Of a DNA stretch of 40,663 nt, positions 15,634-25,159 are shown one piece after another. The stretch lies in contig CAZRMD010000003.1 in the NCBI GenBank assembly GCA_964601135.1, positions 1 through 40,663 on the forward strand. The letters run 5' to 3'. Numbering within the stretch: the stretch's first letter is position 1; each line of letters begins with the position of its first letter. The notes below the pieces were generated by a model. That model did no database searches. It was not told the origin of the DNA and saw only the letters and a list, made by a program, of their open reading frames with translations. Position numbers and translations under genes: made by a program. Origin of the DNA: an uncultured Actinomycetes bacterium. GTDB taxonomy: Bacteria; Chloroflexota; Dormibacteria; CF-121.

Positions 15634-18423
15634 CTAGGCTGGCCGGCCAGCCTGGGCGTGGGCCGGTTCAGGCTCGTGGGCACCGGCGAATCGATGGGCC
15701 AGCTCGGTACGGGATCGGATTGAAAGCTTGGCATAGATGTGACTCAGATGCGCCTCAACGGTCTTCGGACTGAGGAATAGCTCGGTCGCTACTTCTCGAT
15801 TGGTGGCGCCCTCGGCGACCTTCATTGCGATTTGCAACTCCTGGACCGTCAGATCTTCGACCGCTCCAGTCTTGACCCGATCGAGCGACTCGCCGGTGGC
15901 TCGAAGCTCGTCCTGGGTGCGATCAACCCAGCACGAAGCGCCTAACTGTTGGAAGACGTCGAGCGCCGCATGCAGCCGTTCGCGAGCTTCGGCGCGTCGT
16001 CGCGCTCGTCGCAACCGCTCGCCATAGCAGAGCTCGGTGCGGGCACGCTCAAAAGGCGTCGGCGTGTGCGCATGCCAGTTCAGCGCCTCTTCAAACGCCA
16101 CGGCGAAGTCGGCTTCGGCAAGCAGTCCTCGACACCGTGCTGCGGCCGCCTTCGCCCAGCTTCGGTTGGTGTTGTCAGCCTGGAATTGGAGGAGGTCCAG
16201 GCCAGCCGTCGCCCGAGCTCGGTCGCCGACATGGACGTATGCCTCAATCAAATTCGGCAGGGATTGAAACAGAGCCGGTTCCTGCATCTGTTCAGCGGCC
16301 AGTATGTCCTCGAGCGGAGACTGCGCGGCGATCGCCGCCGTGGGCCGCCGCAGTCCGAGCTCGAGGAGACCCGTAATCGCTGCGGCGTAGGCTCCCATGG
16401 TCAGACCGAGCGGACCATACATCGTCATGGCCTCCGCGAGGTGTGCCTTGCATTCGGCGTCCCGCCCCTGGCCTGCCTCGACCCATGCCATGCAGCACAG
16501 GGCATAGACCAATGCGTTGGTCTGACCAAGCTCCCGGGCCAGTCCGGCCGCTTCAGCCGCGCCGGCGTAAGCCGCCTGCCAGCGACCCATTCGAAAGTCG
16601 ACCTCCGAAAGGTGACCGAGAGGGTAGGGGAGAGCGCCCGGGGCGCTGATGGCGCGAGCTCGGTTGATCAGGCGCTCGAGTGAGGCTCGCGCCCGTTCGA
16701 ACTCTTCCAGCCAGAGGAGGACCACCGAACAGTGGGCGAGCTGAAGTTCGAGCCAGATAGAGTCGGCCTGCTCGATGAAGGCGTGTCCCTGCGATAGAAG
16801 CGGATAACCTTCCTGGAGGCGCCCCAGCAGGATCAGCGTTTTCCCTAGCAAGCCTTTGGCTGCCGCTTCTGCGACTCCGCCGAGACCGTTGCTGAGCTCG
16901 AAAGCCCGTCGGGAGGCTTTCAGCGCCGGCTGCAGCACACCCTCAACCGGATCTCCCTCCTGGTGGCACGTGGTGGCGGCGTCCACCAATATCAGTGCCG
17001 CCTTCTCGCGGTCGAGCGGCTCGATGCTTTCGGCCGCCGGTAGAAGCAGCTTGCGGGCCGCTGCGGGTGAGCCAGTCCACATTTCGATCCGCCCCTGGGT
17101 GTGAAGAACCTCGACACGCATACGCAGATCGCTGGTGTGCTCGAGCGCCTGGTTCAGCAGTTCGAGTCCATGCGCCGAAGAGCCGGCCACATGGGCGTCG
17201 CCCGCCGCCTCGAGCAGCCTGCGCGCTCGGTTGATCGGAGCGGGCGAAAGCCGGGCCGCCCGTTCGAATGTCACCGAGGCTGCCGCATGGGCGCTACGGC
17301 GGCGCGCCTCCCACGCGGCACTTTCCAGGGCGCTGGCAGTGTCTTCGTCCTCGCCGGTGGCGGCAGCAGCAAGATGCCAGGCCCGTGCGCTTGCTGCCTC
17401 CGATAGGTACCGGGCTAGGGCCTGATGAACGGCGCGTCTCGCCGGAGCCGACGCACGGTGGTAAGCCGCGGCCCTGATCAAGGGATGTTCAAATCGAATC
17501 CGCTGGCCGTCGTTGCTGATCAGTCCAGCCTCCTCGGCAATGTCCAGCGCCGCAAAGTCAACATTCAAGCTTTGACATGCCTGGCGTACTTCCGTCGAAG
17601 ACCCGGACTGAGAGGCTGCGCAGATGAGCAGCGCCGTCTGGGTTGCCGCGGGTATCGTCGCGATCCGTCGCTCAAATGATCGCAAGATGGAAGAACCTGC
17701 GGGCAGCGGGTCAGTGAGCGGCTCGGCGCCTGATAGCTGGTCGGGACGTAAAACCCGCGAGACCTCAATGATGGCCAGTGGGTTGCCGCCGGTCGCAGCG
17801 TGAACCTGTTCCGCGACCGGTCTCTTTACGGTGCTGGGCGCGGAAGACTCGAGAAGCCGGCGAGAGGATTCGAAATCCAGGCCGGTGAGCACAATGTCGG
17901 GGATGCCGGGCGCCTCAACGACTTCCGGTTCGCCAGTGCGCACGGCAAACACCATGGCAACGGCGTCCGCGTCCAGCCGCCGAGCAGCAAACAGGATCGC
18001 CCTCAGCGATGCGCTGTCCAGCCATTGAGCATCATCGACGATAACGAGTACCGGTCTGGCCTCGGCCGCAGCTGCGATAAATCCAAGCGTGGCAGCGGCT
18101 ACGGTGAAGCGATCGCCTGCCGGCGGACCTAGGGCGAGCGCACCTCTAAGCGCGGCGGCCTGTGGAGCCGGAAGCTTCCCCATCTGCCCGAGCACCGGAT
18201 GCAGTAGTTCCGAGAGTCCGGAAAACGGTAGCTCGGATTCAACCTCGATACCGGTCGCGCTGAGTACTTGCATGGAGGAGGCGCTAGTCGCGGCGCTCTT
18301 TAAGAGGGCGCTTTTCCCGATCCCCGGCTCGCCACGGATGATCAAGGTTCCGCTTCTGCCGTTCCTCGCCTGGTGGAGCAGCCGCTCGATGGCGGCTTGC
18401 TCGGCGCCCCTCCCCAGGAGCAT
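15634..18423 (-). CDS. Large ATP-binding LuxR-family (LAL) transcriptional regulator
   Basis: Walker A GEPGIGKS, Walker B VIVDDAQWLD, GGNPLAI, C-terminal LTVQELQIA...LFLSPKTVEAHLSHIYAKL. Confidence 0.94.
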   Translation of the reverse strand: MLLGRGAEQAAIERLLHQARNGRSGTLIIRGEPGIGKSALLKSAATSASSMQVLSATGIEVESELPFSGLSELLHPVLGQMGKLPAPQAAALRGALALGPPAGDRFTVAAATLGFIAAAAEARPVLVIVDDAQWLDSASLRAILFAARRLDADAVAMVFAVRTGEPEVVEAPGIPDIVLTGLDFESSRRLLESSAPSTVKRPVAEQVHAATGGNPLAIIEVSRVLRPDQLSGAEPLTDPLPAGSSILRSFERRIATIPAATQTALLICAASQSGSSTEVRQACQSLNVDFAALDIAEEAGLISNDGQRIRFEHPLIRAAAYHRASAPARRAVHQALARYLSEAASARAWHLAAAATGEDEDTASALESAAWEARRRSAHAAASVTFERAARLSPAPINRARRLLEAAGDAHVAGSSAHGLELLNQALEHTSDLRMRVEVLHTQGRIEMWTGSPAAARKLLLPAAESIEPLDREKAALILVDAATTCHQEGDPVEGVLQPALKASRRAFELSNGLGGVAEAAAKGLLGKTLILLGRLQEGYPLLSQGHAFIEQADSIWLELQLAHCSVVLLWLEEFERARASLERLINRARAISAPGALPYPLGHLSEVDFRMGRWQAAYAGAAEAAGLARELGQTNALVYALCCMAWVEAGQGRDAECKAHLAEAMTMYGPLGLTMGAYAAAITGLLELGLRRPTAAIAAQSPLEDILAAEQMQEPALFQSLPNLIEAYVHVGDRARATAGLDLLQFQADNTNRSWAKAAAARCRGLLAEADFAVAFEEALNWHAHTPTPFERARTELCYGERLRRARRRAEARERLHAALDVFQQLGASCWVDRTQDELRATGESLDRVKTGAVEDLTVQELQIAMKVAEGATNREVATELFLSPKTVEAHLSHIYAKLSIRSRTELAHRFAGAHEPEPAHAQAGRPA

Positions 18424-18456
18424 GAAGCCATCTTATGCCGCTTCCTGTCACAGATG

Positions 18457-18499
18457 TAGGGGTTCCCCTGATGCGCGGAACGCCGCCAGGGGGTACTGT
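18457..18499 (+). promoter_or_regulatory. Candidate LAL-regulator box and -10 element (copy 2)
   Basis: TAGGGGTTCCCCTGATGCGC, 17 nt, then TACTGT, upstream of the large lipoprotein. Confidence 0.6.
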
Positions 18500-18543
18500 G
18501 CGGACGTCGCAGTCCACCTTTGCTGAATTCGGGGAGGCGTGGG

Positions 18544-20628
18544 ATGAAGGCGCGGGCCAGTGTTCTCATCGCTTTGGCCTCCTTGTTGATGACCTCGTGC
18601 GATGCCGGAAGCAATTCGACACGAGTCAACTACTGGGGTGGGAAGCCTCCGGATCCGAATGTCCATTTGAGCGCTTTGCCAGTTTCTCTCGATGAACCAC
18701 CAGGTTCTCCCGATCAAGCAGCGACAACTCTAGCCACGAAAGTGCTCGCCAGAGATCAGGACTCGTTGCCCGCTCTTCTCCGCGCCCTCACCGACGGAGG
18801 ATACTCGGTAACGGACGCTGATGGATCGATGGTCTTACCGGCCAGTGAAGACCTCGGTCTCAATGTGCAGCACTGGGAAGTTGAGCAGCTTAGCCGACCG
18901 GGCAGCAGCCAGTTTTACTTGAGCCTTGCGGAACTGGCTTCCATCATGGATATACCAATGCCCCAGATGCCGTCAAACGATCTCGCGGCGGCGCTCCTTC
19001 AGGACATTCGCGACGGCGCTCAGAGTGACGCCCCGAAGCTCCGATTCTGGTCGCATTTCATGCTGGAAATGGGACGGCTTGGGCCATTCGGCGGCGACCT
19101 ACTGACGGCCGCGTCTCCCGCCGAGGTCCACCTCAATCAGATTCAGGTTCTGCTTCTGGTCCATCGGCTTGCCGCCGGCCTTCAGGTTGATGCGGATGTC
19201 GCTCCGCAGGCCAATAAGCCACCTCCATTGTGGGCCGCTCTATGGCCACCTGTAACTGATGCTGAGGCGGCGGACTGGAGTGCATGTAATCCGAAGACGG
19301 AAGAGAAACCTCCATCAGGCCGCGCGGCCGACAGCGCGAAGGAAATTGGGCTAAGCGCTGCCAAGAAATTCATCAAGGATCAAGTGAAAAAAGCGTCAGG
19401 CCTCGTTAAGACGGTAAGCACCATCACGAAGTATGCGAACCAGTTACTCGCTTGGAACGAACTGGCCTTGACCGAGTCAGCATTGAACATTGACATCGCA
19501 ATGGACGACTTCTCAACGGCCGCCCATCGCCCCCTGCTGCGGACTAGAAGTTCGAGCGTTGATCTGGAGTCAAGGCAGTTACTGGCTAGAGTCCATATGG
19601 ACACGGGGGATAAACAAGAGATCAATTGCCTGCGTGACGTATTGTCCAAATATGGGATCGACTACAAGGTCCCAAAGGATGGCCTCCTCCGCGGAGTAGA
19701 GACGAATTGGGAGCTTATGGAGGGAGGCGTATCGGGTGCTGCCGGCGGCAGCGCAACCCTAAAGAGAGGTTTCCTGATTTTCGACAACCAGGGCGGCCGC
19801 TTTGACCAGACAAGAAACAAAACGAACGACAAGACGGGAGTAGCGACGCAAGGCATTAGGGGCAAGCGTCAAAGCACAGACATCCCTTCTACAGCCCCCC
19901 CTTTTCGCCGGCAGGGTACCGTCTTAGTGGGCGTGCGACTTAAAGGAGGAGACATCTATGAAGATCTTGGGAGTGCCGCCAAAAACGCGCTATCGGGTCC
20001 AGCCGCGTTGCTGGGTCGATTCCCCGTTGAGATGTTGTATCGCACCTCGTTCAACGGAGCAACCGAATACTCGTTCCCGGTGATCGATTACTTAGACAGA
20101 TTGAAAGTGGACGGCACCTATCTGGCTGACACAGTCCCAGGATGGCACTGCACGCCATGCGTGTCGCATGTCGATATGTCCTACTCCGGCGTTATGACCT
20201 TTGACACGAAGAATTTTAGCTTTCAGGGAAGCGGTCAAGCTCAGATAAACGTGGTCTCTGTGTGGCCCCGGGATAAGTGCTCAGTTGCAGACTCCGCGAC
20301 TATCCCCATCCACCTCCAGGGGATACTGCGCGGTGATCATTTGAGCGTCTTCGCGACACAAGAGCCGGTGAATGCGGGCGTAAACTTGCGAATGTGTGAG
20401 CCGGGTTCCCAGATCACCGCCTCCTCGTGCAATCCTTTTATTCAACCGGTCGATGTTTCAACCAGCGATTCAGCGGAAGGGGTAGTCGACGGCTACGACG
20501 ACGGTGACAACTCCCTTGTGCAAAAGGGCTTAAAGGGACTTAGTTGTGAAACTTGGGGGAAACCACCGGGTAGCGGTCCGGCGATGAAGCACACTTGGAA
20601 GGTCGTCCTGAGTGCCCCTTCAGATTGA
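18544..20628 (+). CDS. Large hypothetical lipoprotein (about 694 aa)
   Basis: GGGGAGG RBS; MKARASVLIALASLLMTSC lipobox; long open frame, visibly more AT-rich than its neighbours; Cys-containing C-terminal domain. Confidence 0.8.
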   Translation: MKARASVLIALASLLMTSCDAGSNSTRVNYWGGKPPDPNVHLSALPVSLDEPPGSPDQAATTLATKVLARDQDSLPALLRALTDGGYSVTDADGSMVLPASEDLGLNVQHWEVEQLSRPGSSQFYLSLAELASIMDIPMPQMPSNDLAAALLQDIRDGAQSDAPKLRFWSHFMLEMGRLGPFGGDLLTAASPAEVHLNQIQVLLLVHRLAAGLQVDADVAPQANKPPPLWAALWPPVTDAEAADWSACNPKTEEKPPSGRAADSAKEIGLSAAKKFIKDQVKKASGLVKTVSTITKYANQLLAWNELALTESALNIDIAMDDFSTAAHRPLLRTRSSSVDLESRQLLARVHMDTGDKQEINCLRDVLSKYGIDYKVPKDGLLRGVETNWELMEGGVSGAAGGSATLKRGFLIFDNQGGRFDQTRNKTNDKTGVATQGIRGKRQSTDIPSTAPPFRRQGTVLVGVRLKGGDIYEDLGSAAKNALSGPAALLGRFPVEMLYRTSFNGATEYSFPVIDYLDRLKVDGTYLADTVPGWHCTPCVSHVDMSYSGVMTFDTKNFSFQGSGQAQINVVSVWPRDKCSVADSATIPIHLQGILRGDHLSVFATQEPVNAGVNLRMCEPGSQITASSCNPFIQPVDVSTSDSAEGVVDGYDDGDNSLVQKGLKGLSCETWGKPPGSGPAMKHTWKVVLSAPSD

Positions 20629-20716
20629 TTACGCCCTGACCTGGACGTTCACGATTCATACCCACGCCAACTAATTCCTTGATAACCGGCATCGTTCCAT
20701 AACACCGCGTACTTAT

Positions 20717-21273
20717 TCAGTTGGTCGGTGAGTCCGGGGTCCCGTTGCTGAGACCGGCTTGCAACTCACGGATGATCGTGCCCAGTTGGCCCGAAGCGAG
20801 CAGCCCCGGGCGGAGAGGACCTGACGAGTTTTCGCCGATAGGCGGAAGGCCTCGCAGGGCGGCTCGAACCTCTGTTGACATATGGGTGAGCTGCCAGCGG
20901 ATCTCGTCGTTGACGACTTCTGGCCGGCCCGGTGCTGCGAGGCCGGCGGCTTTGGCGGCATAAGCGGCGGCGCCCAGTGCGTGCGCGCCCATGTGGCAGA
21001 TGGCTACGGCTTGACCGGCGGCTCGGGCAGCAGCCAGTGCGGCGGGATCTTTTACATCACTGGCAGGGACGCCACCGGCGAATCGACGGCGAATTTCCTC
21101 GGCAGTGTTTAGTTCTCCGCGGGCGAACGCGCGGGTCCGGGCGATAGCCGCGCGAGGGCGGTCATCACCTGGAGCTTCGGTCTCGAACAGCCCCAGAACC
21201 CGCTCGGCACAGTCAGCCGCCCATGCGGCGACAAGACGTCGGTCAGCTTCGCTAGCGTCTGCGGGGATCTCAC
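20717..21273 (-). pseudogene. Imm-5-like putative immunity protein, 1-nt frameshift near the 5' end
   Basis: GTG start gives MRSPQTL. The long frame SEADRRLVAAWAADCAERVLGLFE...DDRPRAAI...AARAAGQAVAICHMGAHALGAAAYA is offset by one base near 21253. This could be an assembly indel. Confidence 0.7.
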
Positions 21274-21329
21274 GATCCCTACTCTAGGGAGCCGTCATCG
21301 CGGCAAGCGCCTCGATCAAGAGTGAGCCT

Positions 21330-21875
21330 TCAGCCAGAAGCCACCGGATCTTGCCGATCGGGGCGGTCAAGATGGCCTCGTGCTCGGAAGGAGCGCTCAC
21401 TGAGAGCCGCATAACGGTGGGCCGCCATCGAGTGTGCCTCCGCAAGTAAGGGCTTTATCGATTCGAAAGTCTTTGCGGACGGATTGAGCACACAAACCCA
21501 ATGGTTACCGCCATACAGGGGGTGTGGCATGACAACGTCGAGCTGCGAGAAGTCGGGCGTCTCGGCCTCGGACGGAAAGAGAGAATCGTAGGTCTTACGG
21601 CTCACGCCGATGTTCAGCCGGTAAACCCCCTTCCTGTTCAGATCGGAAAGGTTGTCAAACTCCCCGTAGTCCTGACTCACGATGGTTGCGAAGGGAAACT
21701 TGCTCGCACCCTCCAGCCGTCGCTCGGGGTCATAGAAAAAGAAGGTTGTTCCCCAGGACACCTCAGGAGCGCCGTTCTCTTTCGAGGCGATGACAACATC
21801 GACCCCACTAAGCGAGGAGATGTACTCGCTGATAACCCCTTCTTCGAGTGCCCGGGCTGCCATCGCATCCTTCAC
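21330..21875 (-). CDS. DUF6194-like protein
   Basis: WGTTFFFYDP, FPFATIV, SDLNRKGVYRLNIGV, MPHPLYGGNHWVCVLNPS. Confidence 0.78.
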   Translation of the reverse strand: MKDAMAARALEEGVISEYISSLSGVDVVIASKENGAPEVSWGTTFFFYDPERRLEGASKFPFATIVSQDYGEFDNLSDLNRKGVYRLNIGVSRKTYDSLFPSEAETPDFSQLDVVMPHPLYGGNHWVCVLNPSAKTFESIKPLLAEAHSMAAHRYAALSERSFRARGHLDRPDRQDPVASG

Positions 21876-21908
21876 GATACGTTGAACGCTTGCGGGATCA
21901 TCCGGTGT

Positions 21909-22334
21909 TCATGATGGCAGGTCGAGTAGGTCGAGACCGCTCGCAGGATCCCGCACCCGACGCACGCGCGCGGCTTCCGTCCTGACCCAGACTTCCAGCG
22001 TTGGATGCACCCGGCCCTCCTGAACGTGCCCGCCAATCACGGCGTAGTCCGACCGCCCGAACACGCCGTGGACGTGAGGGAATGGCTTGTCATCCTTGAG
22101 TGCGGTGTTGCCCTGGAAGCTCAAGACCTCGAGCTGCTCCTTGAAGTCCCGGTATGAATAGGACCGCGTGGTGGCGTTCCAGTAACCAAGGGTCACCGAC
22201 TGGAAGGCGCCGGTAGCACTCAAGAAGGCAAAGTCGATCTCCTCGTCACTCAGGAATTTTCTGAGCGTCTCCATCGCGGACTCGCCGCTTTCCAGGCGCA
22301 ACATGTAGCGATCCCCAAATTGCTTGAACCTCAT
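21909..22334 (-). CDS. PPC/DUF296 domain protein
   Basis: LRLESGE, EVLSFQGN, PHVHGVFG, GGHV, PTLEV. It overlaps the upstream stop (ATGA). Confidence 0.88.
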   Translation of the reverse strand: MRFKQFGDRYMLRLESGESAMETLRKFLSDEEIDFAFLSATGAFQSVTLGYWNATTRSYSYRDFKEQLEVLSFQGNTALKDDKPFPHVHGVFGRSDYAVIGGHVQEGRVHPTLEVWVRTEAARVRRVRDPASGLDLLDLPS

Positions 22335-23029
22335 GCCACGGCCTCTGACTCCGTCAAGCGGCGGCGAATATCATCGGCAGTGGCCAGCCCGATCAGCTCT
22401 CCATCGGAGGTCGTGACCAGGGCGTAGCCGAGGTGGTGATCGGCCAGATAGCGGTCCACCTCCTCCAGACCTGCGTTGGGCCGAAACGTAACTGGTCCTT
22501 TGAGCATTGCATCCTCGACCGTCCTGGAGGCATTCGACTGGATGTCATTACTCCTGAGCAGTCCCAGCACGATGCGATGCTCGTTGACGACGACGCAGGG
22601 ACTGGTTGAAGCGGACGTCAGCCGCGCCTTAACCTCACTGATGCGCTCATCGAGCTTGCACGTTGGACTGTCACGCCGCGCCAGCGTGCCGAGGTTCGGG
22701 ACGCCTGCCTTTGTCCCCTCCGTTGGAAGGCCCACGGAAACCCAGTCGAGCTTGCCCGGAGGGTAGTCGAAGACCTTGGTGAAGCCGAGACTCTCGAGCC
22801 GCCACGCGGCCCGCTTGCTCATGTCTCATTGGTAGTCGTAGCAGTAGGTGATGACAGGCCGGCTCTTGTCGAGCTTGCTGGTGGTAGTGCGATCGAGTTC
22901 CCGCAGCGGGATGCTGATGGCTCCGGGAAGATGCTCCTCCTCGTACTCCTGCGCAGGGAGAACCTCTACCAATTGCGCGCCTTCCCCCAGCAACTTCTGA
23001 AGCTGCGATCGATCGATGCTTGTCGGCAT
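22331..23029 (-). CDS. Rhodanese-CBS fusion protein, probable selenoprotein (232 aa, Sec68)
   Basis: Track ORFs 22826-23029 and 22331-22822 are in the same frame: ...ITYCYDYQ-TGA-DMSKRAAWRLESLGFTKVFDY. The TGA (22826-22828) falls inside the rhodanese active-site loop, and a hairpin follows. Confidence 0.8.
22795..22813 (-). promoter_or_regulatory. Candidate SECIS element (rhodanese-CBS)
   Basis: CGGGCCGC-GUG-GCGGCUCG; the G-initiated loop starts after a 20-nt spacer from the UGA; GAGAC/GUCUC can form a basal stem. Confidence 0.6.
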
Positions 23030-23057
23030 GGGCCAACCTCCTTTCTATGTGCCGGCG

Positions 23058-23225
23058 CTAGACCTGGTGCAAGGGACTGGCAATGACTCGGCGCACCGGC
23101 TCCGCGACAAAGCGATCGTGGCACCGTTGGGAACAGAAGTGGTGAATGCGCCCGGCAAACTCCCAGTACCACTTGGTGATCGTGGTCAAGTCCCTGCAGC
23201 AGTTCGCGCAGATGTCAGCCTGCAA
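23058..23225 (-). CDS. Small YHS/TRASH-like metal-binding protein (55 aa), absent from the ORF track
   Basis: AAGGAGG upstream of TTG: MQADICANCCRDLTTITKWYWEFAGRIHHFCSQRCHDRFVAEPVRRVIASPLHQV; FCSxxC motif. Confidence 0.65.
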   Translation of the reverse strand: MQADICANCCRDLTTITKWYWEFAGRIHHFCSQRCHDRFVAEPVRRVIASPLHQV

Positions 23226-23355
23226 CGCCCGCGAAGACCTCCTTCAGGGATTTTCCGTCGTCGCGGGACAGGTCCGAAACGGAGGGCCGCCCCCAGTAGT
23301 AGTAGCCGTTGTAGATCGGAAAGATCGTCAGCTCCGGCTCGAGGACCCCGCGCAT
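23215..23355 (-). pseudogene. Short ORF resembling the C-terminal remnant of a redoxin-domain protein
   Basis: MRGVLEPELTIFPIYNGYYYWGRPSVSDL... resembles the YNGYWFWGRPS motif I recall from actinobacterial redoxin proteins. No N-terminal domain is present. Confidence 0.4.
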
Positions 23356-23428
23356 ATCTCAACCTACTGTATGAGGCCGGCCGCCCGCCCGGGATTCCCG
23401 TTGAAGGGCCGGCCTCTCCAGTATCCGC

Positions 23429-23881
23429 TCAGGCCGCGACGCGCCGGGGAACGACGGTGCCGCGGGCTCTCACTTTCATAGACTCAATGGCCACCAACGC
23501 GATGGTCGCAGCCGCCAGGACGAAGTCTTTGAGCAGGAACTGCCCGGCCAGTGAAAGATATGGAAAGCCCTTGGTCCCATAGGTCACGCTCGCGGCGTCC
23601 ACGAAGATCGTCAGCGTGCCGGCGAAGAGGATCAAGATCAGCAACCCGACGTACCGAACGGCGACGCCGGCGACCAGCAAGATGCTGGCGGCGATTTCCA
23701 GTACCCCAACGGCATATACGAATCCGTTCGAGGCCAGGAACGGCAGCCCGGCGTGCAACAGGCCGACGACCGGACTGGGATCGGCAAACTTAAGGGCGCC
23801 AATCCAGAACAGGACGAGGCCGAGGCTGATGCGCAGGAGTGGCCCGGCGATCCGCTCGACCAATGTGAACAATTTCTCCAT
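23429..23881 (-). CDS. DoxX/DUF417 (YkgB/RclC-like) membrane protein
   Basis: LRISLGLVLFWIGALKF and GQFLLKDFVL motifs; AGGAGG RBS. Confidence 0.8.
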   Translation of the reverse strand: MEKLFTLVERIAGPLLRISLGLVLFWIGALKFADPSPVVGLLHAGLPFLASNGFVYAVGVLEIAASILLVAGVAVRYVGLLILILFAGTLTIFVDAASVTYGTKGFPYLSLAGQFLLKDFVLAAATIALVAIESMKVRARGTVVPRRVAA

Positions 23882-23902
23882 CGTTACCTCCTGTGGATTC
23901 GG

Positions 23903-24310
23903 CTACGGCTGAACCGGGCAGCGGAAATCTGCGGCCGAATTCCGGGTCACGGTCACATCGCCCTTCGAAGCAGCGGCTTGGACGGCCTGCGCGCTGGTGA
24001 GCAGGTACGGTGTGACACCGGTTTTGAAGGTGACGAGGTTGACGGCCCATGCACCTCCGTGATAGTCGCCGGTGCCGGGCGCCACCCCGGCGATCCCGAG
24101 TTGGCCGTTGGCCCCGTTGGTGACCTTAAAGAATGGGTCCCTGCCGCTGTTCGGGAAGGCTGACGGGGGGATCACAGTATGGATGGTGCCGCCGTTGTAG
24201 AAGAGCGTGCCGAACCCCACTTCGGCATTCGTGCTGTCGGCAAAGCCCGCGATGGCCGTGCCCAGCAGCAGCGCAACCGCGACGATCGAACCGGCAACCA
24301 GTCGTTTCAT
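23903..24310 (-). CDS. Hypothetical secreted protein
   Basis: AGGAGG RBS; signal peptide MKRLVAGSIVAVALLLGTAIAGFA; APGTGDYHGGAW and terminal FRCPV. Confidence 0.8.
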   Translation of the reverse strand: MKRLVAGSIVAVALLLGTAIAGFADSTNAEVGFGTLFYNGGTIHTVIPPSAFPNSGRDPFFKVTNGANGQLGIAGVAPGTGDYHGGAWAVNLVTFKTGVTPYLLTSAQAVQAAASKGDVTVTRNSAADFRCPVQP

Positions 24311-24377
24311 GGCGTTGACCTCCTGAGTCGGAAATGCGAGCCATGCTGTCAGGCCGGTATGACACGGAGATAACGAA

Positions 24378-24414
24378 GCTTCATCGACGCTTCATAAACC
24401 GGATTCGGCTTCAT
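24378..24414. promoter_or_regulatory. GCTTCAT direct repeats, candidate OmpR-family binding site
   Basis: GCTTCAT at 24378, 24389 (11-bp period) and 24408, in the divergent gap before the response regulator. Confidence 0.6.
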
Positions 24415-24451
24415 CGGCCCGTCACAGACTCTGGCTAAGCTCGAGTGAGCC

Positions 24452-25159
24452 ATGGCCGAAGCGATCCTGGTGGTCGACGACGACGCGAAGATCGTCCGCC
24501 TCGTCCGGACCTACCTGGAGCGCGACGGCTTCGCGGTGGTCGCCGCGACGGATGGGCGGGCAGCGCTGCAAGCTATCCGGGAGCAGCCGCCCCGCCTCGT
24601 GGTCCTGGATTTGATGCTGCCGGAGCTCGACGGTCTGGCCCTCCTGCGCATCGTGCGAGAAGACTCTGACGTGCCGGTTTTGATGCTTTCCGCGCGTGGG
24701 TCCGCCGCTGACCGTGTTTATGGGATCAACGAGGGCGCCGACGACTACCTGGCCAAGCCGTTCTCCCCGGCTGAGCTGGTCGCGCGAGTCAAGTCCCTTC
24801 TGCGGCGCAGCAGTTCGGCGAGCCGGCAATCGTCTCGGCACGACGGAAGGCTCGTTTTCGACGACCTGGCCATCGATCTCGACCGGCACGAGGTCAAGCA
24901 ATCCGACCGGCCCGTGCCGCTCACCGCGGCCGAGTTTCGGCTTTTGAGCGCCCTGGTGCGCGCGGACGGCCGCGTGCTCACTCGTGAGCTCCTTCTCGAT
25001 GCGTTGTACGGCGCAGCGCCGGCCGACGCGCTCGACCGAACTATCGATGTCCACATCGGCAGGCTGCGAGAGAAACTCGGCGATGACGCCGAGCGTCCCC
25101 GCTACATCGCGACGGTCCGTGGGGCCGGATATCGGGTCGTCGGGCCGGCGAGCGAATGA
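24452..25159 (+). CDS. OmpR-family response regulator
   Basis: ILVVDDD, LDLMLP, GADDYLAKPF, RTIDVHIGRLREKL, TVRGAGY. Confidence 0.95.
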   Translation: MAEAILVVDDDAKIVRLVRTYLERDGFAVVAATDGRAALQAIREQPPRLVVLDLMLPELDGLALLRIVREDSDVPVLMLSARGSAADRVYGINEGADDYLAKPFSPAELVARVKSLLRRSSSASRQSSRHDGRLVFDDLAIDLDRHEVKQSDRPVPLTAAEFRLLSALVRADGRVLTRELLLDALYGAAPADALDRTIDVHIGRLREKLGDDAERPRYIATVRGAGYRVVGPASE

